A DNA stretch of 64,000 nt from Candidatus Omnitrophota bacterium (GCA_963828495.1 CAWHFJ010000009.1:31166-95165); one strand, 5' to 3'; positions 9,475-20,719 are shown, counted from the first letter of the stretch. Notes: generated by a model from the sequence alone, not told the origin. Program-made: numbers and translations.

Positions 9475-10002
9475 ATGAAGTTGTCCGTTATCATTCTTTC
9501 ATTGTTGTTGCAGGGTTGTTTTTTGGTGCCTTGTGTGAAAGCCTCGGAAGCAGACCTTGAATGGAAAGACGCCGTCAGGTCAGCCCAGCAGGGAGACGCT
9601 GACTTTGCTTTTATGGGCTTTCAGGCAATCGTCCAAGTTTACCCCGATTCGCGCTATTATTTACCCGCCAAATTTGCAGAAGGAGAATATTATTTTCACC
9701 ACAACGACCTGACCATGGCCCTGGAGGTCTTCGAAAGTTTCTGTGCCCAATATCCCAAGCGCGAAGAAGCGCTTATTGCCTTAGCCTATCTTTTTAAAAT
9801 AGCCCAAATCCAGGGGAATGCGGATGCGCTCAAGAATTACCATAACAGGGTGGCTTCTTTCCACCAGCTAGCTTTTGTCTTTAACGAAAAGAAATCTTTT
9901 ACATTTCTCTCAGGTTTTGGGCACAAACACAAACTGGTTTTTACCATAGATAAAGTAGAACTTTATGTGGATGATCGACTCTTTACAAAGGTCCCTTTTT
10001 AA
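9475..10002 (+). CDS. Hypothetical exported protein/lipoprotein with helical repeat-like region
   Basis: Signal peptide MKLSVIILSLLLQGCF (lipobox-like LQGC). No catalytic motif. Confidence 0.45.
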   Translation: MKLSVIILSLLLQGCFLVPCVKASEADLEWKDAVRSAQQGDADFAFMGFQAIVQVYPDSRYYLPAKFAEGEYYFHHNDLTMALEVFESFCAQYPKREEALIALAYLFKIAQIQGNADALKNYHNRVASFHQLAFVFNEKKSFTFLSGFGHKHKLVFTIDKVELYVDDRLFTKVPF

Positions 10003-11842
10003 ATGGAAACACGCGGGGCTTCTTATTTTGATAATTGCCGCGATGATACCGATGATTTCTTTCTCCATCAACCGGCATCTGCCGCCCTATGCGTCGGCCT
10101 TACGCGATGTAATCAATCAGCAGTTGGCGGTTAAAATATCTTTTAGTTCCATCCATTACCGTTTCCCCAACTCTATTATCCTGAAAAACGTCACCGTGCT
10201 TCCCTCCAATAGCAAGACCCCTATATGGGGAGCTTCCCGGATGGTCATAGGCCTAACACTCCCCCTATCTTCATCGGGGCCTTCTCTTTATTACGTGGCA
10301 TTGGATGATGCGACTATTGATTTTGCTGCCCTAGAAAATTATTGGAGGCAGCATAGTGCTCGTTTATCCACATGGGCCCGGACACTCCCCCAAGACAACT
10401 TGCGGCTGCTTGTGCCGAACGGACGATTTACCCCGAAAGATAAAACCCGTGATCCATTCCCTTTTAAAATAGATTTCAGCCTTAAACACAACCATGTTAC
10501 CGCTAAGGGGTTCTGGGAGGACAAGGACAAGTTTAATTATGAATTATACGGTGATAGGGTCAAAACGGGTTTCATCTTAAGCAAACTTAACGTAGAAAGC
10601 GGACAATCTTCCGTCAATCTCTGGGGCCAATGGCAGGACAACACGATCGATTGGAAAGGGTTTATTTTTTATAAAAAATTCTACATTCTGGATATCAACG
10701 GACATTGTAATATCCAAGATACCGACATTGTCCTTAAGGGTTTATCTTTTTCTGTTAATGGAGATGACGTGACGCTATCAGGACATTGTTCAAAAGAGAA
10801 ACTCTTTCAATGCGATGCGGACATGAGCCTCTCGCGGCAAAAACAGCATCTGGATGCCGAGGCGCCCTTAAAGAACATGCATGTGCGCCTGTATGCTCAA
10901 AATACGCCCCAGGGTCTTGTCTTTAACGGACAAACGGATCTGGACTTTCTTTTTGACCCGAATGCCCCTTTGATATTACAAAGCATGCACCTAGATTTTA
11001 AAAATTTAAAAGCACGTATAATGAATACCGAGCTCTTGCGGTTAAAAATAAATCACATGGAAATTTCTTGGGTAAGCCATGAGGAACATAAAATCTCGGC
11101 TGAAAATTTTTTGGTCGGTATTCATTGGCCCCAAGTGTCCCATGCTATCATCACTTTATCCGCCCGGATGTGTAGCGGACGTTACCGCGGCCGGATTTTC
11201 GTGGATACAACTGCCATGCCGTGGCAAATCAAAGGACAGGGCAGAATTGATGCCATAGACATTACTCGTTTAAGCAGCACCTTTTCTTTTTTCCAGCAAT
11301 GCGATGGCATTGTGTCAGGTCATTTTGATCTTCAGTCATTAAAGAATATGCGGCTCACCGGTGCTTTGATCGTGCACCATGGGGATTTTAATGATTTCAC
11401 TTTCATGCCGTGGGTGGCACAGACACTCCAGATGCCGACGTTAAATCATCTCTCCGGCGCGGATTTATCCTGCCATTTTAAAATAGACGGAAATTCAAAA
11501 ATGCTGGAAGATCTAAATTTACGCACACAGGACCTTAATTTAAACGGATTTTTTCATCTTGATGCAGAAGATTTAGTTTCCAGCCGAATGGCCGTGCGTT
11601 TCTCTAAAGAGCTGCTGGGCGAATCACCCATTGGCCGCAGCATTCTCGGTATGGTCCAGGATGCAGGGACATTGCCTTTTGAATTCAGGCTTTCCGGGAA
11701 TCTCTACAGGATGAATTTTCAATGGGACCATTCTCCCCTGAAAGATAAAGTGCATCAGCACATGTTTGCTTTTGTCGAAAGAATGGTTGACAGGCGCATG
11801 AACGCCAACCCCTATACGCTCACACAAAATCCCGGCTTTTAA
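9965..11842 (+). CDS. Hypothetical N-terminally membrane-anchored large periplasmic protein (AsmA-like architecture; tentative)
   Basis: Single N-terminal TM segment (AGLLILIIAAMIPMISF) followed by ~590 aa of soluble sequence. Overlaps the upstream ORF by 38 nt, and a start at 10043 is possible. Confidence 0.4.
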   Translation: MWMIDSLQRSLFKWKHAGLLILIIAAMIPMISFSINRHLPPYASALRDVINQQLAVKISFSSIHYRFPNSIILKNVTVLPSNSKTPIWGASRMVIGLTLPLSSSGPSLYYVALDDATIDFAALENYWRQHSARLSTWARTLPQDNLRLLVPNGRFTPKDKTRDPFPFKIDFSLKHNHVTAKGFWEDKDKFNYELYGDRVKTGFILSKLNVESGQSSVNLWGQWQDNTIDWKGFIFYKKFYILDINGHCNIQDTDIVLKGLSFSVNGDDVTLSGHCSKEKLFQCDADMSLSRQKQHLDAEAPLKNMHVRLYAQNTPQGLVFNGQTDLDFLFDPNAPLILQSMHLDFKNLKARIMNTELLRLKINHMEISWVSHEEHKISAENFLVGIHWPQVSHAIITLSARMCSGRYRGRIFVDTTAMPWQIKGQGRIDAIDITRLSSTFSFFQQCDGIVSGHFDLQSLKNMRLTGALIVHHGDFNDFTFMPWVAQTLQMPTLNHLSGADLSCHFKIDGNSKMLEDLNLRTQDLNLNGFFHLDAEDLVSSRMAVRFSKELLGESPIGRSILGMVQDAGTLPFEFRLSGNLYRMNFQWDHSPLKDKVHQHMFAFVERMVDRRMNANPYTLTQNPGF

Positions 11843-11852
11843 AGTCGTTTAA

Positions 11853-13463
11853 TCAGTCCTGGTTGGTTCCCATCTTCCTGGGGACCGATACGACCAGGTC
11901 AAAAACTTCATCGGAATGCATCAATCGGACGTGAACTGTTTTTATAATTTTGTAATATCGGTCAGTATCCGCCGGTGTCCAAGGACTATTAAGACCCGAA
12001 GGAGGGGTCAATAGCAGAAGATCAAATTTTTCTCCCCGTATCATATCGTGCATATGCGCAAGGTACGCCTCAAATTGGGCCGCAACTTCAGGTTGAGGGG
12101 GGAATAATTTTGTATTGAGATCGTGTCTGTCGGTACCGACAGCGGCGAATTGGGACTGGCCGGAATCATACACAGGCCTCTGATATTCGATCAAAAAAGG
12201 GATGATCAGGGGTGAATTAAGGATGTTTTGATGGGTAGCAACGAATTTTTTCACGATTTGCCAATCGTCAGCGGATGTGTACGGGTTTTTAATTAAATGG
12301 TTATTGAGTCCGCCCAAGGTGAAAAGAATAAACGGTATGCTTAAGTAAGTCAGGAATTTCCGTTGGCAGACAGAATTAAGAACGAAAAGAATGAAAAAAG
12401 GAGACAATAACTGGAACTGGTAGGCCATCCACTGTCCGTTGCTGCGTCCCATCTTAAAGTAGATCACCAGGATGACTATGATCAGGCTAAACAGGTTTAG
12501 GTTCAAATCGCATTGGTATAGGGGTTTGTTCCATCTTAACAAATCGATTTTTGAGATGATGTTTGGAAAAGAAAGATTTTTGTAGTTTTTGATGTACCCG
12601 ATCAAATAAATGACAATAGCAATTCCCAGCACATAAAACAAAGGTTTATGTATGTGATAAAATTCTTTAATCTGAGCATTCGAGCGCTCTAACCCGCCAT
12701 CGAAAAGATTCGCTCCCTGAAATTGAGTGTAGAAAGTGTCGTTAAAGTAACACCTCATGCAATGGTTGACCAGAATGACGGAAACCAAGAGGATGAGTAG
12801 AAAAATGGCCCCATACAGACATCCTTTTTTTTTGGATTGGTATAAAAATAGATAGGCGCACATGATCGGAATGCCTAAAACAAAGTACATTTTGGTATAG
12901 AATGCCAGCAACCCTGCCACCAAGCTGACGATCAAGCTTGCACCGGAATAATTGTAGAAAAAAGGTATATATACGGTTAACAAAAATAGGCATACCCCCA
13001 GGCTATGCGGCCCGGCGACAGGGGTCGTGGTCGTAGGATAAAGTAGCAAGGGATAAAGCATCAGCCCGCCCGACAAAGACACAACAGCGGGAGCCTTATT
13101 TTTTTTCAAAACGGCAACCAACATCAAACAGGAAGCCAAAATAAAAATTCCTGTAAATAAGCGGTGAATTTGCAGAGTAGGTCCCCAGATTTTAGCAAAA
13201 GGATAGACAACCAGAGAATAAACAATCCCGTACGAGTTGGTGGCCTGGGGGAAGTGTGCAAGATCAAACGGATTCTGGCCCTGTAATAATAGATGTGTGG
13301 TGTAAATCATTGCGCTTTCACGAAATTCCAATGGAACAGCGAATGTGATTAGATGGTAGTGGTAATTGAGAAAATTAAATAAAAACGGCAGAAGAGAAGC
13401 CCCGCCTATGAAGTAAAGCCAAGAACTAAAATATCTTAAGCATAGGGATTTAAGATTTATCAT
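11853..13463 (-). CDS. Polytopic membrane protein, GT-C-like putative glycosyltransferase
   Basis: 536 aa with more than 10 predicted TM helices and a soluble C-terminal domain. Architecture resembles the ArnT/PMT superfamily. Confidence 0.45.
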   Translation of the reverse strand: MINLKSLCLRYFSSWLYFIGGASLLPFLFNFLNYHYHLITFAVPLEFRESAMIYTTHLLLQGQNPFDLAHFPQATNSYGIVYSLVVYPFAKIWGPTLQIHRLFTGIFILASCLMLVAVLKKNKAPAVVSLSGGLMLYPLLLYPTTTTPVAGPHSLGVCLFLLTVYIPFFYNYSGASLIVSLVAGLLAFYTKMYFVLGIPIMCAYLFLYQSKKKGCLYGAIFLLILLVSVILVNHCMRCYFNDTFYTQFQGANLFDGGLERSNAQIKEFYHIHKPLFYVLGIAIVIYLIGYIKNYKNLSFPNIISKIDLLRWNKPLYQCDLNLNLFSLIIVILVIYFKMGRSNGQWMAYQFQLLSPFFILFVLNSVCQRKFLTYLSIPFILFTLGGLNNHLIKNPYTSADDWQIVKKFVATHQNILNSPLIIPFLIEYQRPVYDSGQSQFAAVGTDRHDLNTKLFPPQPEVAAQFEAYLAHMHDMIRGEKFDLLLLTPPSGLNSPWTPADTDRYYKIIKTVHVRLMHSDEVFDLVVSVPRKMGTNQD

Positions 13464-14994
13464 CAGCTGATTGACTTTCTTGCTGTAGGCGCATTAAGTA
13501 AGCCCCATCGACCCATACCCCCAACTTCTTTGCAGAAAGCGCGTCTTGGAGAGCTTGGCGATGGTCTTTTTGTGCCTCTTTTAAAATAGATCTGCGCCTA
13601 TACGGCACCGCATAAGTCGGATCCAACGATATGGCTGTATTAAAATCATTCAGGGCCTTTCTATTGTTCCCTTGCAAACAATATATTAACCCGCGGTTAC
13701 TATACATCTTGCCCACGTTAGGATTCAACGCAATGGCTTTATTGCAGTCATTTAAAGCGAGCGCATAACGTTTTTGCTGATAAAAAATTTTACTGCGATT
13801 ATTATACGCCAAATAAAAATCAGGATGCTCTTGAATAATTTCATTCCAGAAACTTAAAGAATTTTTCCACACTTGGCATTGGTCATGGGTTTTTATCCCC
13901 ATTAAAACCAACAGAAGGCAAAAAATTGTAATCCCCCATCCGGTTTTAATGCGTCGATGGGCCCATGAGCCTACAAAAAAACAAATACCCAAACCGGGCA
14001 AATACATGAACCTGTCGGAAACTACGCTAAAAAGCGTACCGTCAAAAGACCTCTCCCCCAAACCGAAAACAAAAAAAATGGAGCTGAAGAAATAGAAGAA
14101 GGCAAAAATAAATAATTTATGTCGACGAAAACGCACCAATAGAAAAACTAAGACCAAAAAGACAACCGCTGACAAAAAATAAGGCCAATGAAAAATGCTT
14201 ATCGGGTGAGGATACGCATAATAGGGGCACACTTGAAAGGGGAATAAAAATTGCCAAAGATAAAAACACAACGACCAGACCCACAACAGCGCTCCTGCGG
14301 CCATATTATGCCCATGGAGTTGCCGCATATTTAACGCAAAGGTAATCCAAGCAATACCGACAACATAAAGTAAAATCGGCATCTTCTCCCATAGGCTCCG
14401 TCGGCTTACTTTACGTCCATAAAACCAATCAAATACAAATAAAATTAACGGTAAGCTTACGGCCATGGGTTTAACTAAAATGCTTATAAGGCCCAAAAAG
14501 AGCGTCGAGATATAATATTTTATGGAAAGTGTTTTAAGGTATGACCAATACTGATGTAATGCTAATAGATAAAATAATGCATATAAAACATCTTTGCGTT
14601 CAGTGACCCACGCCACTGATTCAACCTTCATCGGATGAATAGCAAATATTAACGCCGCCAGAAAACTGGCCTCCATCGAAAGTCCTATCCGTTTGGCTAA
14701 CCACATCACTAATAAAACATTGCCGATATAAAACAAAAGATTGTCTAAATGAAAAACAAACGGATTTAAGCCGAAAAAATATTTTTCTATTGAAAAAGTT
14801 AAGATGGTTAAAGGGATATAGGTAGTATTGAGGGTTTGGGTAAATATTTGTTTAATAGAGTTTGGGGACAAGTCATGTACTGCGGGGTTATATAAAAGAT
14901 GTCCCCCATCATCCAGATCAATGAAATCCGCCTTCAAGCACGGGGAAAAAACAACAAAAATAATCACGATAAGAACTAAAATGTTTTTGCCCAT
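13450..14994 (-). CDS. PMT_2/TMTC-like membrane glycosyltransferase with C-terminal TPR repeats
   Basis: The motif IHPMKVESVAWVTERKDVLYALFYLLAL matches the conserved HP..VESVAW..ERKD.L signature of TMTC/DUF1736-type O-mannosyltransferase-like proteins. The C-terminal ~110 aa are TPR-like (YLAYNNRSKIFYQQKRYALALNDCNKAIALNPN...). Confidence 0.65.
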   Translation of the reverse strand: MGKNILVLIVIIFVVFSPCLKADFIDLDDGGHLLYNPAVHDLSPNSIKQIFTQTLNTTYIPLTILTFSIEKYFFGLNPFVFHLDNLLFYIGNVLLVMWLAKRIGLSMEASFLAALIFAIHPMKVESVAWVTERKDVLYALFYLLALHQYWSYLKTLSIKYYISTLFLGLISILVKPMAVSLPLILFVFDWFYGRKVSRRSLWEKMPILLYVVGIAWITFALNMRQLHGHNMAAGALLWVWSLCFYLWQFLFPFQVCPYYAYPHPISIFHWPYFLSAVVFLVLVFLLVRFRRHKLFIFAFFYFFSSIFFVFGLGERSFDGTLFSVVSDRFMYLPGLGICFFVGSWAHRRIKTGWGITIFCLLLVLMGIKTHDQCQVWKNSLSFWNEIIQEHPDFYLAYNNRSKIFYQQKRYALALNDCNKAIALNPNVGKMYSNRGLIYCLQGNNRKALNDFNTAISLDPTYAVPYRRRSILKEAQKDHRQALQDALSAKKLGVWVDGAYLMRLQQESQSADDKS

Positions 14995-15014
14995 ATAATC
15001 AAATTATATCATAG

Positions 15015-18000
15015 TCACTTTGAGGCGGCTTCATTAATACCCAAAAACATACGAATGTCCCTCATCGGCCGGATATTGATGATGACCGGCACAAAGCCAG
15101 GGGCGTTTTGTAATTTCTCAAGCATAGCTGGGTCAAGATGAAATTCGATCCCTTCACTTCTGGTCTGCACAACATTCCTTACGTGGGTTAAATCAATACC
15201 CCCTTGCAATTGACGAGCCTTAACCATCCCTGGGGCAGCACCCAACTGAGCTCTATCTCTGTTAACGCGAATATTCCAATTCAACCAAACCCAGTGTTTT
15301 TGTGCATCTACAGGCGTTCTCCCATCAGATGAAACCTTAATGGTATATGCTTTAACACCTGGAGGAAGAATCGCTTTAAAACGAAAATACCCAAAACCAA
15401 AATCGTTCACTATTTCCGCATTGACATTATCATCCTGCCATTGCCCCTGCGGATCATCAGGAATCTCGTAGTGAAGACGCGCGGTAACATGATCGGAAGT
15501 AACGTTTTGTCCAAATCCTGCTGTAAAATATATTGCCCCGTCAGATCCTACATGCTGGACATCCTCAAAAATGGGAGGATCAAATTTTTGAAAATCAACC
15601 ACCGCTGTTCTCGGAATAGTTACAGTGGCGCTCGGTGGGACGCTTAAGGCTCCATGAACCCGCAAAAATTCAAAAATGCGTTGCGCAAATAAAAAATTGC
15701 CATCGGCATTGGCATGAATGTCCTCAGGATGCATAAGATCCTTATTTGATAAAACGCCTTTCATCATTCCCGGAAGATACGGGATCCCTCTTTCTTCTGC
15801 GACTTGCTTGTAAACTATTGCGTCCTGGGTCTCGCCAGATTTTGGCGCTCCCAAAAGTAGAACGGGGACCTTCCTGCCATTGGCAGTATCGATCATCTTT
15901 AAAAGTGCCGCTTTAACCACCGCATCATCTTTGCCATCAAACCAATCATTTCTGCCATGCCAAAGGATCACTAATGAAGGATGATAGCGATCCAGTTCTC
16001 CGGCCAGCCTGGAAACACCCTCGGTATCTCTATTGTACGGATTACCGGGTAAATTGAAGAGCCTTTCACCCGAGACACCGGCATTGATCACGTGGTATCC
16101 TGTTATTTCCTGCAAGAAAGCCGGAGGGGAAAGGTGTGGTTCCACCCCAGGTCCATATACCGAGCTTGATCCATACATTAAAATCGTAGCCCCCGCAGGC
16201 AAAGCATTTAAGCGCGGCCCCTCGCTGGAGGCGCCTCCCATCAGCGCTAATCTCGGATCAAAATGAAAAGATTGAGGGCCCCTTGTTCTGTGAACAATGG
16301 TGTTTTGATTAGACCAGACCCAAGTTTTAGTTTTATCTGCGTCTGGTTTGCCATCACAAGAAACTTTGAATGTATATTCTTCGACACCAAAAGGGAGAAT
16401 CGCTTCAAAACGGAAATACCCATATTTATAATCCTTATCGACCACGGCTCTAACATACTCATTAGACCATTCCTCTCCTCGATACCTTAACATAAGAACC
16501 AATGAAACTTGGTCAGCTTTAATATAAGCTCCTGTAGCATTACCAAATCCTACCTTAAAATGCACCAATCCCTCGGGACCAACGGACTGAGAATACACAT
16601 GGGACTGAGGATCTTCGACTCTAGGGGGATTAGATTCTTGAAAAACAACCCTACTTGACGGCGGCACAGTCAAAGAAATATCGGGTTTGCGATCCAGCGC
16701 TCCCCTATCCCACAAGAATCCGGCAATACGTTTAGCTATCAAAAGATTCCCTTCTGCATTAGGATGAATCGGATCAAATAAAAGTTCCGCATTTTTTGTA
16801 ATACCTTGTTCTATATCCCGAAGATAGGGGGTATTTGTTTCCCTTGCGACTTTCCCGTAAACATCTGCGTCTGCATCCTCATTCCCATGAAATTTAAACG
16901 TCCCTAAAAGTAAAACCTGACAATCTCTTCTTTTGGCCTCATCAATCATTCTTTTGAGCCCATTTTCGACTTCTATATCACTTTTCCCATCCATCCAATC
17001 GGTCCTCCCATGCCAAAGGATCAACAATGAAGGATGATAGGTATCTAAGTCTTCCGGTAGCCTAGAAATACCATCCTTCTTCCTTGTTTCATTGCGATGA
17101 CCAACGTTGACAATTCTTTCAGCCGAGACCCCTCTATTGATCACCTCATGGCCGCTTAGCATTTTTCCTAAAAGAACAGGAAATGAATGGGTGCGATCTG
17201 GAACGCCTTTTGTTGAGCTGGTGCCAAATGCTAAAATCTTCCCATGTTCAGGAATTGGCGTAAAACGCACTAATGCCGTGGCCGCATCGGCCTCCTGATC
17301 ATCTGCGCCCATAGCCAAATCAAGAGTAATTTCCTCTTGTGAATCTTTATCAGGATTGGCTATTTCCGCAAAATCAATAATTCTGAATACGGCATGCGGC
17401 CCCATAGCTGTCATGGCCAAGCTGGCCCCACCTGAAAAATATTTTCTTGGTAGGGGTTGTTGAGTTACAGGATCAACATCTGCCTTGATATAATTGTAAA
17501 CCCCTTTTTTGAAAGCTTGCAGGTATCGCTGATAAATGCCTTGAATACCATTGGCACTATCCCTCCGGGTTAACGCAAGGCCTTGGATCTTATTTTTATC
17601 TTCGAAAACTTGTCCTAAAATGCTGTCTTGGATCTTCTTTTTGTACCATGTGGCGAGTATCAGAGAATTGTAGACTTGCCGCAATTGAGCGAAATTCTTA
17701 TCTTCATTGACTTCTTTGGTCAGTTGGGGAATGACGATCTCACGGACAATTGTGGAACCGAGACTGCTGATATCTGAAGAAGAAATAGCCGCATGTTTTT
17801 CCAATGATAAATAATCTTGTTCAAGCATGACCTTTAATCTTGATGCCACTACATAGGCTGTCTTTGCCCTTACATTTTCATAGACAACGGCTTTCTCAGG
17901 CACGATCCATACTTTATTGAAGGTATTCACGGGAATATTAGTTGTTCCATACTTTTTGTAGGCTTCTTCATAAACACGTTGCCAAAATTTCTTCCCCACC

Positions 18001-18455
18001 TCGCTTTCGGGATAAATCAAACTAGCCGTAATCTGTTTAAGCATATAGTCTGCCGCCAACAGGTCACGGCCCATTGCGGTTAAACCAAAGCTTCGGGGAA
18101 TGATTCTGTCTTTCTCATACGGGCTTAAGTTAACCCACAGGTCTTTTTCAGGGATGGTCAAGCTGGCAAAAAAGTATTTAATCAGTTTCCTGGATTCATC
18201 TTTGAGGGCGTCATTTGATAATTGGCTGTCGCCTTTATCGAGAATAAAATCAAACCTGAACGGATTATCAGGATGAATTTTTATACCTTTTAAAATCGGA
18301 GGGGTAAACTCTGGACTTAGGTGTACCATCACCCCTGGCGCAGGCAAACGAAAATCTTGAGCTTGAGCCAAAGGCAGGGGCCCAAACGTATTGAGCAAAA
18401 AGGCAAAAACTATACCTAAGGATATCACTTTTCTTATATTTAAATTTCTACTCAT
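15015..18455 (-). CDS. Large secreted protein with two tandem copies of [SGNH/GDSL hydrolase domain + beta-sandwich domain]
   Basis: Signal peptide, then two homologous SGNH units: ILAFGTSSTKG...VINRGVSAERI...ILWHGRTDWMDGKSD...DPIHPNAEGN and ILMYGSSSVYG...VINAGVSGERL...ILWHGRNDWFDGKDD...DLMHPEDIHANADGN. Each is followed by a YGYFRFEAILPFGVEEYTFKVS / FGYFRFKAILPPGVKAYTIKVS domain. Confidence 0.7.
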   Translation of the reverse strand: MSRNLNIRKVISLGIVFAFLLNTFGPLPLAQAQDFRLPAPGVMVHLSPEFTPPILKGIKIHPDNPFRFDFILDKGDSQLSNDALKDESRKLIKYFFASLTIPEKDLWVNLSPYEKDRIIPRSFGLTAMGRDLLAADYMLKQITASLIYPESEVGKKFWQRVYEEAYKKYGTTNIPVNTFNKVWIVPEKAVVYENVRAKTAYVVASRLKVMLEQDYLSLEKHAAISSSDISSLGSTIVREIVIPQLTKEVNEDKNFAQLRQVYNSLILATWYKKKIQDSILGQVFEDKNKIQGLALTRRDSANGIQGIYQRYLQAFKKGVYNYIKADVDPVTQQPLPRKYFSGGASLAMTAMGPHAVFRIIDFAEIANPDKDSQEEITLDLAMGADDQEADAATALVRFTPIPEHGKILAFGTSSTKGVPDRTHSFPVLLGKMLSGHEVINRGVSAERIVNVGHRNETRKKDGISRLPEDLDTYHPSLLILWHGRTDWMDGKSDIEVENGLKRMIDEAKRRDCQVLLLGTFKFHGNEDADADVYGKVARETNTPYLRDIEQGITKNAELLFDPIHPNAEGNLLIAKRIAGFLWDRGALDRKPDISLTVPPSSRVVFQESNPPRVEDPQSHVYSQSVGPEGLVHFKVGFGNATGAYIKADQVSLVLMLRYRGEEWSNEYVRAVVDKDYKYGYFRFEAILPFGVEEYTFKVSCDGKPDADKTKTWVWSNQNTIVHRTRGPQSFHFDPRLALMGGASSEGPRLNALPAGATILMYGSSSVYGPGVEPHLSPPAFLQEITGYHVINAGVSGERLFNLPGNPYNRDTEGVSRLAGELDRYHPSLVILWHGRNDWFDGKDDAVVKAALLKMIDTANGRKVPVLLLGAPKSGETQDAIVYKQVAEERGIPYLPGMMKGVLSNKDLMHPEDIHANADGNFLFAQRIFEFLRVHGALSVPPSATVTIPRTAVVDFQKFDPPIFEDVQHVGSDGAIYFTAGFGQNVTSDHVTARLHYEIPDDPQGQWQDDNVNAEIVNDFGFGYFRFKAILPPGVKAYTIKVSSDGRTPVDAQKHWVWLNWNIRVNRDRAQLGAAPGMVKARQLQGGIDLTHVRNVVQTRSEGIEFHLDPAMLEKLQNAPGFVPVIINIRPMRDIRMFLGINEAASK

Positions 18456-18686
18456 AGATGAAGTTTACACTATATTTATATGTTTTGCCACCTAATGGGG
18501 AGAAGGAATATGTCAATGGCTATGCTTCCTTGCTCGTCATTGGTTAATTATTTTCGTTGAGTTGTTTTACGGCTCCTGCGGTCCTCATGCCGGACTCTCG
18601 CAGTTGCTCGGAGTGAACCTTTATGACTGGCGTCTCCCGCCTGCGGCGGGAGGCGCGTCATAGGTTAAGCTGCTGTCCACAGTCAA

Positions 18687-18721
18687 TAAAAAAAGACAAC
18701 CCAAAAGGGCTGTCTTTTTTT
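18687..18721. terminator. Rho-independent terminator-like hairpin flanked by A7 and T7 (bidirectional)
   Basis: aaaaaaagacaacccaaaagggctgtcttttttt: 8-bp stem (one mismatch) with a 4-nt loop. Confidence 0.5.
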
Positions 18722-18760
18722 ATTGGTTGCGGGGAGGAGGATTTGGTGCCTCCGTCCTAC
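18722..18760 (-). other. Degenerate copy of the 3' half of tRNA-Met (T-arm plus acceptor 3' strand plus CCA-like end); tRNA remnant or att-like scar
   Basis: Minus strand ggaggcaccaaatcctcctccccgcaacca versus the true tRNA 3' end ggttcaaatcctgtccccgcaacca. No matching 5' acceptor strand was found upstream. Confidence 0.4.
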
Positions 18761-18860
18761 TTCGTAGGACTCCGGTCAGCCCTCCGCCCATAAAGTCCTA
18801 CCTATTCGTCGGACTTTATAAACGGGCTCCTTTCAAATCCTGTTTCTCTTAACAAATAAA

Positions 18861-18892
18861 ACAGACAGCCCCATTCGGGACTGTCTGTTTTA
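18861..18892 (-). terminator. Terminator hairpin just downstream of tRNA-Met
   Basis: acagacagcccc-attc-gggactgtctgt, followed on the minus strand by a T-rich run. Confidence 0.5.
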
Positions 18893-18894
18893 AT

Positions 18895-18971
18895 TGGTTG
18901 CGGGGACAGGATTTGAACCTATGACCTCCAGGTTATGAGCCTGGCGAGCTACCGGGCTGCTCCACCCCGCG
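18895..18971 (-). tRNA. tRNA-Met (CAU), initiator-like acceptor stem
   Basis: Minus strand CGCGGGGTGGAGCAGCCCGGTAGCTCGCCAGGCTCATAACCTGGAGGTCATAGGTTCAAATCCTGTCCCCGCAACCA. It folds as a cloverleaf with a C1xA72 mismatch and is near-identical to E. coli tRNA-fMet in the acceptor and T arms. Confidence 0.85.
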
Positions 18972-18981
18972 ATATCTCTTA

Positions 18982-19257
18982 CTACTTCTGCTGCGCTGGG
19001 ACGATCTTGTAAACTGTTTCACCCGGACGAATCAGCCCCATTGTTTCACGCCCTACTTTTTCCACATAATCCGGGTTGGTTTGCAACAAGTGTCTTTCTT
19101 CTTCAAACTTTTTGTTCTTGGCTTCCAGTTCTGCGATCCTTCTGGGCATACTCACGATTTTTCTGCTTTAAATCCTGCATCGTCGCATAGGACGGCAAAA
19201 AAACCGCAAGAATGACGACCGTGATAACAAACAATGAAACAGCGTTCTTTAACATCT
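18982..19257 (-). CDS. ftsB: Cell division protein FtsB/DivIC (septum formation initiator), interrupted by one frameshift near 19140
   Basis: N-terminal piece MLKNAVSLFVITVVILAVFLPSYATMQDLKQKNREYAQK, then in the +1 frame IAELEAKNKKFEEERHLLQTNPDYVEKVGRETMGLIRPGETVYKIVPAQQK. This is the canonical FtsB TM plus coiled-coil layout. The shift lies at an A-run (cagaagg). Confidence 0.55.
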
Positions 19258-19260
19258 TTT

Positions 19261-20570
<1,310 letters not shown>

Positions 20571-20719
20571 TCAAGAAAACGTAATCTAACATAGATTAGA
20601 TAGGTAGTCAAGAACAACCAACGAGCCAAAAACAGGGGCCAGGCATTGGACTGGAAAAAGGCCCCAAAGATGCTATACTTAAAATTGGAATGAAGCCCAT
20701 CGGGCTTAAGGAGCACTTT

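Noticed and set aside
18505..18540. GGAAGCA-containing stretch reminiscent of the SRP RNA helix 8 motif
   Set aside because: The match is short and interrupted (GGAAGCAtAGCCA), and the surrounding sequence does not fold into the SRP Alu/S domains. Treated as coincidence.
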